From a virus, in UHGV virus genome UHGV-0210098: 64,000 bases of DNA, one strand, 5' to 3'. The notes under the pieces were generated by a model that was not told the DNA's origin, did no database searches, and saw only the letters and a list, made by a program, of their open reading frames with translations. The translations under genes and the position numbers were made by a program. This document shows, piece after piece, positions 26,807-35,834 of this stretch (positions are counted from its first letter, which is position 1; the number at the start of each line of letters is the position of its first letter).

Positions 26807-28786
26807 ATGGCTATTAAATTGAATAGACTAAGTAAGGTAAAACCTGCGAGCATTGAGGAAATGGACAGTGTTGCATACGCACGGTCACAATGTGATGATA
26901 TGCGCAGAGCAACAGAAGTCCTGCTCCAAGCACAGACACTATACCAAAATATGTACCGTTTTCGCCGTGAGCGAGAGCGGAACAAGCGTTATAACTACGG
27001 CGACCAATGGAGCGACATTGTGTGCGTGAACGGTAAGAAAATGACCGAGGAGCAGTACATTATGAAGCAAGGAAACATTCCGCTGAAGAATAACCTCATT
27101 CGCCGGCTTGTGCGCAATGTTATCGGCGTATACAGGAGTCAGGCAACCGAGCCGACCTGTTACGCTCGTGACCGTGATGAGCAAAAGTTGGCCGAAACCA
27201 TGTCTACTGTTCTTCAGTACAATATGCAGTTGAACCGCATGACGGAACTCTATGCACGAACAATGGAGGAGTTTCTGATTTCCGGCATGATAGTTCATCG
27301 CAAATGGTTTGGCCGCTTGAACGATAAGGAAGATTGTTGGACGGAGTATGTGCAACCCAACAATTTCTTTATCGACAATAATATGCGCGACTTCCGTACA
27401 TGGGATTGCTCGTGTGTGGGAGAAATTCATGATGTCAGCTTTGAGGATGTATGCCATGAGTTTGCCAAATCTCCGAGCGACTACGCAAAATTAGCGGAAA
27501 TATATCGTAACGCGCGAGAAAGAACGGTATTCACACAAGCATGGGAACAGTTTGGATATACCCAATCCCCCGAGATGGATTTCCTTGTTCCTCGTGACGA
27601 AAGCCGATGCAGGGTTATTGAGGTATGGAGAAAGGAAACGAAGCCCCGGTATTGGTGCCACGACTACAACAATGGTGATGTTTTCAAGATTGAACTTGAA
27701 GATTATCAAGAAATGGTTGTAGAAGAAAATGCAAACCGTCTTATGCAGGGACTGGCCGCAGGTATGGAAAAGAGCGATATTCCTCTCATTCGTGCAGAGT
27801 GGTTCATGGACTCATTTTGGTATTACTACTACCTCACTCCGTTTGGCGACATTCTGAGCGAGGGAGAAACCCCATACGAACATAAGAGCCACCCTTACGT
27901 GTTCAAGGCATACCCATTCATTGATGGCGAAATTCATTCATTCGTCAGTGATGTAATTGACCAACAGCGTTACACCAACCGCCTCATCACACTATACGAT
28001 TGGATAATGCGAGCCTCTGCCAAAGGTGTGCTGATGATACCAAGCGACTGTATTCCCAAAGGAATGTCGCCGGAGGACTTTGCCGATATGTGGAGCAGAC
28101 ATGACGGTGTTATTGTCTACACCCCATCCAAGAACCACCGAGACCTGCCCCAACAGGTACAGGCAAACTCTACCAATATAGGCATCAACGAGTTACTGAA
28201 CCTGCAACTGAAATTCTTTGAGGATATATCCGGCGTGAACGGTGCGCTTCAAGGAAAGCCCGGTTATGCTGGTATGTCGGCAGCACTCTACAATCAGCAG
28301 ACGCAGAACGCCACCACCTCATTGCTTGACTTGCTCGACACTTTCAGCGAGTTTGTGCGTGATGCTGCCTACAAGGATGTGAAGAACATTCAGCAGTTCT
28401 ACGATAGTAAGAGAGTGTTCAACATTGCCGGTCGTGCCGGAGCGCAGGTTGAGTATGATCCACGCAAAATTCGTGATGTTGAGTTTGACCTGTCTATTGT
28501 TCCGAGTACGGCAACACCGGCATACAGAGCAATGGCAAATGATTTCCTAATGCAGTTGTGGCAACAGCAAGCCATATCGTTGGAGCAACTTCTACAGGCC
28601 GGAAACTTCCCGTTTGCGGACGAGTTGTTGCAGTCTATCCAATCGCAGAAAGAACAGTTGGAGGCCGGGCAGGTGCCGGAGGGCGTATCACCGCAACTCA
28701 TGGCACAGGCACAGCAAGGCGCAAACATGGATGCCGTCAACCAACTTCAAGGAGCAATGAAAGGCCAACAGCCGCAGGTTGCATAG
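26807..28786 (+). CDS. Putative portal protein (659 aa).
   Basis: The size and its position next to the terminase fit a portal. No motif confirmation was possible. Confidence 0.4.
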   Translation: MAIKLNRLSKVKPASIEEMDSVAYARSQCDDMRRATEVLLQAQTLYQNMYRFRRERERNKRYNYGDQWSDIVCVNGKKMTEEQYIMKQGNIPLKNNLIRRLVRNVIGVYRSQATEPTCYARDRDEQKLAETMSTVLQYNMQLNRMTELYARTMEEFLISGMIVHRKWFGRLNDKEDCWTEYVQPNNFFIDNNMRDFRTWDCSCVGEIHDVSFEDVCHEFAKSPSDYAKLAEIYRNARERTVFTQAWEQFGYTQSPEMDFLVPRDESRCRVIEVWRKETKPRYWCHDYNNGDVFKIELEDYQEMVVEENANRLMQGLAAGMEKSDIPLIRAEWFMDSFWYYYYLTPFGDILSEGETPYEHKSHPYVFKAYPFIDGEIHSFVSDVIDQQRYTNRLITLYDWIMRASAKGVLMIPSDCIPKGMSPEDFADMWSRHDGVIVYTPSKNHRDLPQQVQANSTNIGINELLNLQLKFFEDISGVNGALQGKPGYAGMSAALYNQQTQNATTSLLDLLDTFSEFVRDAAYKDVKNIQQFYDSKRVFNIAGRAGAQVEYDPRKIRDVEFDLSIVPSTATPAYRAMANDFLMQLWQQQAISLEQLLQAGNFPFADELLQSIQSQKEQLEAGQVPEGVSPQLMAQAQQGANMDAVNQLQGAMKGQQPQVA

Positions 28787-28810
28787 TTTAAGAACATAAT
28801 CAATACGACA

Positions 28811-29272
28811 ATGAAAGATAACAAAACAAAGAAAACGATTTGCATCGACTTTGATGGTGTGCTCCATGATTACTCAAACGGTTTTCAAGGTAAAGATGTA
28901 TTCGGCGACATGATACCGAATGCTGACGATGGCACACAGGTACTACACGAAAAAGGGTGGAAGATTATTATCTACACTACACGCCCTAAGACGGCTGCTC
29001 TCGAAAAATGGCTTAAAGACCACAAGATTGCATACGACTACATTAACGAGAACCCCGACCAACCCGATGACTCAAAGGGTGGAAAGCTCATTGCCGACAT
29101 CTATCTTGATGATAGAGGTATGACATTCCGAGGCCGTTGGGATAAATGGCTTATTGGAGATATTGCTGCTTTCAAACCAAGTGGCAGTCCTGGTGTAAAG
29201 GACGAAATGGAGAAAGAATATAATGTCGCCAAGAAAAGCATCATCGAACTTGCAAAGTGCGCTAAATGCTAA
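28811..29272 (+). CDS. HAD-superfamily hydrolase-like protein (nucleotidase or phosphatase type).
   Basis: Motif I ICIDFDGVLHDY (DxDG) near the N-terminus and IYLDDR near the C-terminal third. The protein is 153 aa. Confidence 0.5.
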   Translation: MKDNKTKKTICIDFDGVLHDYSNGFQGKDVFGDMIPNADDGTQVLHEKGWKIIIYTTRPKTAALEKWLKDHKIAYDYINENPDQPDDSKGGKLIADIYLDDRGMTFRGRWDKWLIGDIAAFKPSGSPGVKDEMEKEYNVAKKSIIELAKCAKC

Positions 29273-31437
29273 AACGAAGCCGCCGACACTACTTTTGGGA
29301 CATATTTGAGATTGCTACTGCCGCGAGTTACGACTTGCGGCAGTTCCATTTCACGGAAACAGATATGCAGACCAATGGCTCGTGTCATTAACAAGTCGTC
29401 ATGTTTTCCTGTGATAGCACCGTATGCACCGTTTTGTTTCCTCTCATAGCATAAATACTCGTCAAGACATCGTCCGTCACGTTCGATATAACTTCCCTCA
29501 CGGATAACTTTAACGAGGGTAGAGATAACCATTGGCTTTGTGCTGACATTAGTATGAAAGCCATAGTTGAGAGGCAACCCTTCGAGAATTGCTTCTTCGG
29601 ATTGTTTTCTTGCATAGAGATTGGGATATACGTCCTTAATCTGATTTAATATGTAATGCGATTGGTCTCCGTCTACTTGACGTTCCCTATCGTGTGTCTC
29701 AAGAGTATTGCTCTCAATAACGAGTTTAGAGCAATCATAGAATGCTGCTATTTGAGCAGCTTTCCATGCCAACAAGTCCATATCAATGTGACCATACCAT
29801 TGAGCCACGACAGACGGTTTTCCTCCGTCCATCATCAGCAGACGGTCGAATACGACAATTACGGACCAGTCCGCTTTATTTGAGCGTCCTCCGACATCGA
29901 CAACCGTAAGGTAGCGGTTTATTACTTCTTCAGTATCGTTAGGGTTTACCTGGTCGGGCAAGTTCCATACCCATAGCATACCTTGTGAGTCTGCCTTAAA
30001 GCGCAGGTCTCGTAATGCATCCTCTCCCTCGTCACCGTAAGCATATACATCACCTATGTAACGTGGAGTCCTACATGTGTTCCGCAACTTGTGTACATTA
30101 TATTTATCGAACACACGTGCTCCCGAATTAACAAACGCCTCCACATCGTCAGACGGGAACTCTGCGGCAATTAACCCATGCTCTGTGTACTTCTTTCGTT
30201 CATTGATGTACCAATGAATAGCCTCTAATGTGGCACCAATTTGCCACAAATACCAAAGGTACTTTCCACTTTCCTCTCTATTAGATGTTACATTCTCGTT
30301 GTTCCTGTTGTTATATAAATTAGCTGCAAACTCTTCTACATTATCTATCGGCAAAGAATACTGTTCGATGTCGAACCATGAAACGAACATCGCCTCAAAT
30401 TGCGATTTCTCCTCCTTTGCATCATCGTATTCCTTTTGGAAGAAGTTACCTGTACCATTGGCCGTACTCTCATACACAATCATCGTATATGGTTTGTACA
30501 AAACTCCTGAACAAGCAGAGCGTACAATGTCCTCCGGCTTCTTTCCGTCAGTGACTTTCCATAGTCCAACCTCAGAAAGGTGTACGAGATTATAGTCTCC
30601 ACCACGACAACTATCCGGGCGTTCAGCAGTACCAATTTTAATTTTGCAATTTCGTTGAGGTACACGATGAATGCTTCCCGATTTACCAACGCCAACTAAT
30701 TTTGGCTCGTTCTCATTATATGTTTCTCCTATCTCATGGAGCATTTCGACAGGGTAAGCCTTAATCATACGGTCGAACATATCCTTTATCTCGTCCGAAC
30801 CAGAGCCTTGATGTGCAATAATAAGGGAGTTTAAGCCTACTTTGTGCATCAACTGCAACCACGCCATATAGATTTGTGACGTGGTAGAACCACCCCATTG
30901 ACGTGCTTTTAACAAGATAAGACGTATAGGCTTACCAGCCTTTCTCAACCGTTCTAATCTTTCCACAAACCTACGTTGTGGTCTTGTCAGTCGGAATAAT
31001 ACATCTTCTCCACCTCCCTTATTCTTAATGAAAACGTATAAAGCAGCCCAAAATGCAAAGTCATATTTACAGCGTAATCGGACAAACTGCTTAATAACCT
31101 TATGCCTGTCAGCATCCCACTCATCTTCATGTTCAAAATAATACTCCTCTGCACTGAACGATTCATCTTCTCCATATTCTTCCTGTTTAATTTGGAACAG
31201 AAATTTATCAATAGAGCCAAGTTCAATTATCGCTCGTACAAGTGGTATTTGAAGCATCTCCACAGGAAGATACTGAACAGAAATCGAAAAATCTCCTATG
31301 ACTACACGCTTCCTTTCTCCAATAGAACCTTCGCCGGTTATTGGATTAAATTTTGCATAGACTTCTGCATTTCGCCTATTATTTTCAGTTAAAATATCAG
31401 AGATTGCGATTTCCTTTGCCGTAGTCATACCACCCAT
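29269..31437 (-). CDS. terL: Terminase large subunit (722 aa).
   Basis: A P-loop-like LKARQWGGSTTSQ preceded by the typical RQ. C-terminal RNase-H-like nuclease acidic motifs are present: VVDVGGRSNKADWSVIVVFD, LVIESNTLE and YGAITGKHDDLLMTRAIGLH. Confidence 0.7.
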   Translation of the reverse strand: MGGMTTAKEIAISDILTENNRRNAEVYAKFNPITGEGSIGERKRVVIGDFSISVQYLPVEMLQIPLVRAIIELGSIDKFLFQIKQEEYGEDESFSAEEYYFEHEDEWDADRHKVIKQFVRLRCKYDFAFWAALYVFIKNKGGGEDVLFRLTRPQRRFVERLERLRKAGKPIRLILLKARQWGGSTTSQIYMAWLQLMHKVGLNSLIIAHQGSGSDEIKDMFDRMIKAYPVEMLHEIGETYNENEPKLVGVGKSGSIHRVPQRNCKIKIGTAERPDSCRGGDYNLVHLSEVGLWKVTDGKKPEDIVRSACSGVLYKPYTMIVYESTANGTGNFFQKEYDDAKEEKSQFEAMFVSWFDIEQYSLPIDNVEEFAANLYNNRNNENVTSNREESGKYLWYLWQIGATLEAIHWYINERKKYTEHGLIAAEFPSDDVEAFVNSGARVFDKYNVHKLRNTCRTPRYIGDVYAYGDEGEDALRDLRFKADSQGMLWVWNLPDQVNPNDTEEVINRYLTVVDVGGRSNKADWSVIVVFDRLLMMDGGKPSVVAQWYGHIDMDLLAWKAAQIAAFYDCSKLVIESNTLETHDRERQVDGDQSHYILNQIKDVYPNLYARKQSEEAILEGLPLNYGFHTNVSTKPMVISTLVKVIREGSYIERDGRCLDEYLCYERKQNGAYGAITGKHDDLLMTRAIGLHICFREMELPQVVTRGSSNLKYVPKVVSAASF

Positions 31438-31828
31438 TTCTTATTTTGAACAACCTCTCAAGTGCTGATGAAGCCTCCATGTAGAATTTTGGTGCAGGAG
31501 AATTAACGACCTTAAAGACCAACTGACACAGATGCCAATCGGGATGTGCCTCCTTCAGTGCAACGACACGGCGATGTATCTCCTCAAACATTTCACGTTT
31601 TGTCGGACGCATTGTTTCCAATACAGGCTTCCCTCGCATGATAGCTGACACGACAGCAGCAGCCCTCTCCTCCGACACCCAAAACCGGGGAGCAGGAGAA
31701 TTTACAATTTTCTCACCAATTTCGTTCAAACGAACAAATTTTACTGCACTTATTTGTTCACGATATGCCTTTAGCAACGCCGCATTTCGCTCGCGAGTAA
31801 AGGACAAGACACTTCCGAAAGACTTCAT
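31397..31828 (-). CDS. Candidate terminase small subunit or DNA-binding packaging protein, with an internal duplication (VNSPAPRFW... and VNSPAPKFY...).
   Basis: ATG at 31828. Overlaps the terL start by 41 nt on the same strand, the classic terS-terL arrangement. Confidence 0.35.
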   Translation of the reverse strand: MKSFGSVLSFTRERNAALLKAYREQISAVKFVRLNEIGEKIVNSPAPRFWVSEERAAAVVSAIMRGKPVLETMRPTKREMFEEIHRRVVALKEAHPDWHLCQLVFKVVNSPAPKFYMEASSALERLFKIRNGWYDYGKGNRNL

Positions 31829-31926
31829 TGCGCTGCACTTTAAGGGTTTAACTCCTTACAAAGGTACTAAATGCAACTCAAAAGATAACGATGATAACCG
31901 ACTTTCTCAACTTAACTTTGCCCATA

Positions 31927-31934
31927 TAAATTTG
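31927..31934 (+). promoter_or_regulatory. Candidate -7 box TAAATTTG (matching TAnnTTTG) 25 nt upstream of the scaffold-gene ATG, in the divergent intergenic region between terS(-) and the head genes(+).
   Basis: Motif read directly. The upstream TTTG at 31917-31920 is too close for a canonical -33 element. Confidence 0.25.
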
Positions 31935-31958
31935 AAAATCTTACCACAAATTAAAATT

Positions 31959-32699
31959 ATGGCTGAGGAAAAGCAAGTTAAGAGCAGACGTGACCAATTC
32001 GGTGAACGACTGAAAAAGAAATATCCCGACCGGGAGTATGCCGATGATGAAGCCTTATTCGGTCAAATCAATGACGATTATGACGAATATGACAAGCAGT
32101 TGTCGGGTTACAAGGAGCGTGAGAGCAAGTTGACGGATATGTTCACTAACGACCCTCGAAGCGCACAGTTCATAACAGACATGGCGCAGGGCAAAGACCC
32201 TTGGGCATCGCTCATTAACCGCATCGGTATTGACGGTGTTAAAGAAATGCTTGACGACCCTGCCAAGATGGACGAGTTTGCAGCAAGCAACAAGGAGTAT
32301 GTCGACCGCATGGCCAAACAGAAAGGTTTGGAAGAAGAATGGCAGAAGAATATGACAGCCACACTCTCCATGCTTGAACAGAAGCAGCAGGAACTCGGCC
32401 TCACCGATGAGCAGATTGACGAAGCCGCCGATTTGATTAAGGAGATAACGAATGATGCTGTTATCGGTATCATTAAGCCCGAGACAATCGACATGGTACT
32501 CAAAGCCATCAATCATGATGCAGACATGGCGGCTGCAAGCGAGGAGGGGGAAATTCGTGGCAAGAACGCCAAGGCCGAGGCGCAACTGCGCAAGCCAAAG
32601 CGTGGTGACGGTACTCCGACACTTGCCGGCGCGAACAATGCCCCTGCGCCATCTCGTAAGAAAGACTCAATCTTTGACATTGCAGACGAGGCACGATAA
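31959..32699 (+). CDS. Candidate scaffolding protein (highly charged, helical).
   Basis: First in-frame ATG at 31959 (MAEEKQVKSRRDQ...). Lies immediately upstream of the capsid candidate, with charged or coiled-coil composition. Confidence 0.4.
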   Translation: MAEEKQVKSRRDQFGERLKKKYPDREYADDEALFGQINDDYDEYDKQLSGYKERESKLTDMFTNDPRSAQFITDMAQGKDPWASLINRIGIDGVKEMLDDPAKMDEFAASNKEYVDRMAKQKGLEEEWQKNMTATLSMLEQKQQELGLTDEQIDEAADLIKEITNDAVIGIIKPETIDMVLKAINHDADMAAASEEGEIRGKNAKAEAQLRKPKRGDGTPTLAGANNAPAPSRKKDSIFDIADEAR

Positions 32700-32886
32700 T
32701 GGGAGAGCATATCAAATTCGTAGATAAGCCTAAGCGTCCTACCAAAGGAAGTGCAGGATTGCAAACCCAACTACCGGGATGCGCTACAACTGTAGGCAAT
32801 CTCGCATCGGCCACCGGCGGCATTAAACCAGGCAATATAGTATCAACAGATAAATAACATTTTATCATCATAAAATTTTACAAACT

Positions 32887-34419
32887 ATGGCAGCAGAAGA
32901 AACCGTAATCGTAGGTTCGGGAGCAGCAGTTCCCACCTCTCCCGGTTCAGCAGGGGTACAATCCCAAGCACCGGGTCAATCAACCACCGTCAGCACTGTT
33001 GCAGGAGCAACAGGAGGTATTGCACCGGGCAACCTTGTAGAAACCGACATTGACGAGCAACTGTTCCGCTTTCAGAGCGAGGACACCGCCCTTATGTCGC
33101 TTATGCTCAAAGCAAAGAAAGTCAAGGTAAACAGCCCGGAAGTTGAACACTTCATGATTGACGAGCAGCGCAGCACCCTCACAACGGACACCGCCGTCGC
33201 CAAGGGTAACGCAGCGCAGTTTGTTCTCCCTCTCAATGCGAGCGACCAAAGCATTCCTCGTGATTATCACACGCTCCTTGTCCCCGATGTAGACGGCTAC
33301 ACGCAGGACGGTCAGACCGTTACGCCCGGAAAGTGCCTCATGCTCTTTGTAACAGGCCGCGACACCACCAGCGACAACCCTGTTGTTCGTGCCGTCAATG
33401 GTCCCAAAGCAAATGCCTCTGACGCATTCTGCACCACACCTGCCATTCCTGCCGGTAGCAAGGTGAAACTCCTTGCCAACGCGATGTATGAGACGCAGAA
33501 GGAAGTAGACCCCGACCTCATCGTTCCTCGTCCCTCTATCGTGTATCTTCAGAAGCGCGGCATGAACCAAGTCGTTTCCGACTACTTCGAGGCGCAGAAG
33601 AAGCACATTCCTTTCACGCAGAGCCTCATCGCAGAACAGGCCATCCTCAACTTCAAGCGTGCCGGCAACCGCACTCTGTGGGCAGGTCACAAGGGCAAGC
33701 TTCCTGTCAAGGTTCCCAAGCTCGGCGAGCAGATGGTTTACTTCACTGAGGGTATCCGTTGGCAGTTCAAGCGCGAGCTTCAGCATACAGGAACGTGGAC
33801 ATACGAGAAACTCATCGCCCTTGCCAAGATGTATTTCACCGGCGAAGATGTGCCTAAGACCGCCCTCTTGCTTGCAGGTAAGAACCTGCTTGAGGAACTT
33901 CAGTGCATCGACTTCAGCAAGCACAAGGAGATACAGATTATCACCAAGACCAACCCCGTAGGTTGGACGGTGACAAGTATTCACACCGTGTTCGGCGACA
34001 TCGACATTAAGCGTGAGCCTACCCTTGACACGCTCGGTTGGTCTAACTCCGGCGCGCTTATCGGAGAAGACCGCCTCGTCCACTACATCTATTCGCAGCA
34101 GCACGAGTTCAACGACCGTGTTGAGGGCGAAGAAGCAACTCGCAAGGGCATTGTAGTATGGGACGGCCTCGGCCTCAAGGGTGCTTGTCACATTTGGATT
34201 GACGGTGAGGGCGACAAGGCAAATGCCGGTGCTACCACTTATACCATTTGGGACAGCGAGGAAGCCCCCGCAGACGATGACCTCGTAGAAGGACGTGTCT
34301 ACCTGTTGACTGTTGATTGTCCGGGTATCAACGCATCTGCACAGAACGGTCAGATGTGGCAGTACAAGGGAGAAACAGGCGGTTGGAGTGAGTTCACCGG
34401 CGAAATCATCGCAGAGTAA
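32887..34419 (+). CDS. Candidate major capsid protein (510 aa).
   Basis: Size and position after the scaffold candidate within the head module. No diagnostic motif. Confidence 0.45.
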   Translation: MAAEETVIVGSGAAVPTSPGSAGVQSQAPGQSTTVSTVAGATGGIAPGNLVETDIDEQLFRFQSEDTALMSLMLKAKKVKVNSPEVEHFMIDEQRSTLTTDTAVAKGNAAQFVLPLNASDQSIPRDYHTLLVPDVDGYTQDGQTVTPGKCLMLFVTGRDTTSDNPVVRAVNGPKANASDAFCTTPAIPAGSKVKLLANAMYETQKEVDPDLIVPRPSIVYLQKRGMNQVVSDYFEAQKKHIPFTQSLIAEQAILNFKRAGNRTLWAGHKGKLPVKVPKLGEQMVYFTEGIRWQFKRELQHTGTWTYEKLIALAKMYFTGEDVPKTALLLAGKNLLEELQCIDFSKHKEIQIITKTNPVGWTVTSIHTVFGDIDIKREPTLDTLGWSNSGALIGEDRLVHYIYSQQHEFNDRVEGEEATRKGIVVWDGLGLKGACHIWIDGEGDKANAGATTYTIWDSEEAPADDDLVEGRVYLLTVDCPGINASAQNGQMWQYKGETGGWSEFTGEIIAE

Positions 34420-34512
34420 GTCTGCATTATGGATTAAACGTGAATGTGGCGGAGGGCGGCCAACGCCTTACCGCCACATTTTTATTTGAACAATATAAAA
34501 CCATATAACACA

Positions 34513-35184
34513 ATGGAAAAAAGAACTTATGGCGCGCCCCGACTTGTGGATTGGGTCGCACAGATTAAAGCAGGAGCAGCCACCGTAAGAGTACACTTCA
34601 CCGGCGGCGCATTAACCTCCTACGGCGTTACCCCTGCCGAGTACACAACGGACAGTCCTTTCATTCAGAAAGTGATTGAGCAAAGCAAATACTACAAGGA
34701 GGGACGTATCGTCCTGTTGCGCAAGACAGAGATTGCCGAACCTGCCAAGCCTACCAAAACCAAAAAGGTGAAGCCTCAACAGCCACGTCAGCAAGTCCCC
34801 GAAGAACCGGGGTCGACACACGCATCACCGGCTACTCCTCAGCCTGCCGAAACTCCTGTATCCAAGGAGCAGGAAGAAACACAGTCTCCTGCCGAAGCCG
34901 GTACTGAAACCGTTGAAAATCCAACAAATGACGAGCAGCAAGCCGAGCAAGTTTCCGATGATACGGAAGCGGCTGACGGCCTCAGCAAAGTAGAGGTTAG
35001 TTGCTTACAGGACGCACAGGCATATCTGCAAGAGCAATTCAACATCGCCTCCTACAAGGTACGATCATACGATGCCGCACAGCGAGCAGCATCTGAACAT
35101 GGTGTCGTGTTCGTAGGTGCCAAGTTCGACACCTTGAAAGGTGGTGATGAGGTAGAGGGAGAAACTACTGAAGCAGAAGAATAA
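34513..35184 (+). CDS. Hypothetical head-associated protein with an acidic Glu/Thr/Pro-rich C-terminal tail.
   Basis: First ATG at 34513 (MEKRTYGAPRL...). Confidence 0.4.
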   Translation: MEKRTYGAPRLVDWVAQIKAGAATVRVHFTGGALTSYGVTPAEYTTDSPFIQKVIEQSKYYKEGRIVLLRKTEIAEPAKPTKTKKVKPQQPRQQVPEEPGSTHASPATPQPAETPVSKEQEETQSPAEAGTETVENPTNDEQQAEQVSDDTEAADGLSKVEVSCLQDAQAYLQEQFNIASYKVRSYDAAQRAASEHGVVFVGAKFDTLKGGDEVEGETTEAEE

Positions 35185-35198
35185 ATCTCATAGACGCT

Positions 35199-35834
35199 AT
35201 GGTATATAACATTCACGATGTAATGCGCGATGTCCGCGTATGCCTCGACCAAAACATGACGAGCGAACAGTTGTTGCAGACTGACGATATAGACACACTT
35301 GCCCTTGATGATATAATCAGAAGCAAGATTTTGGAAGCAGTTGTCAGAGTGCATACCAACGCTCCGACATATCTGTTGGAGCAGGGTCACAACTTCGGCG
35401 ATGCCGTGTATTGGGGTGACCTTGAAAGCGGTTGGGTGTTGTTGCCGCAGGACTTCATGCGCCTAATCGTTTTTGAAATGAGCGATTGGGAGCGAGCTGT
35501 TTTCACGGCCATAAGCACCACCGACCCGGAATATGAGTTGCAGCGTCAGCGCATCAAAGCATTGCGCGGCACCGCACAGAAGCCGGTATGTGTAATCTCA
35601 GTGCGGCCAGAGGGAAGAGCGTTAGAGTTCTACTCATGCAAGAGTGAGAGCGCATACGTTCGCCGTGCGCAATATCTTCCTTACCCGAAGATAGATAAGG
35701 ACGAGGGCATAGACATCTGTGAACGCTGTTATACAGGCGTGGTGTATGCCGCAGCGTCATTAGTATTACTCACATTGGGCGAGGCCGAGAAGTCATCGGC
35801 ACTCTCCGAAATATCTAAAACAGCATTACAATGA
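35199..35834 (+). CDS. Hypothetical structural protein (211 aa).
   Basis: ATG-initiated. The stop overlaps the start of the tail-fibre gene (ATGA at 35831). Confidence 0.45.
   Translation: MVYNIHDVMRDVRVCLDQNMTSEQLLQTDDIDTLALDDIIRSKILEAVVRVHTNAPTYLLEQGHNFGDAVYWGDLESGWVLLPQDFMRLIVFEMSDWERAVFTAISTTDPEYELQRQRIKALRGTAQKPVCVISVRPEGRALEFYSCKSESAYVRRAQYLPYPKIDKDEGIDICERCYTGVVYAAASLVLLTLGEAEKSSALSEISKTALQ

Noticed and set aside
32980-34191. A 403-aa minus-strand ORF antisense to the capsid candidate.
   Set aside because: Its translation is Leu/Val/Arg-rich and low-complexity with no motifs. The sense ORF fits the head-module context.
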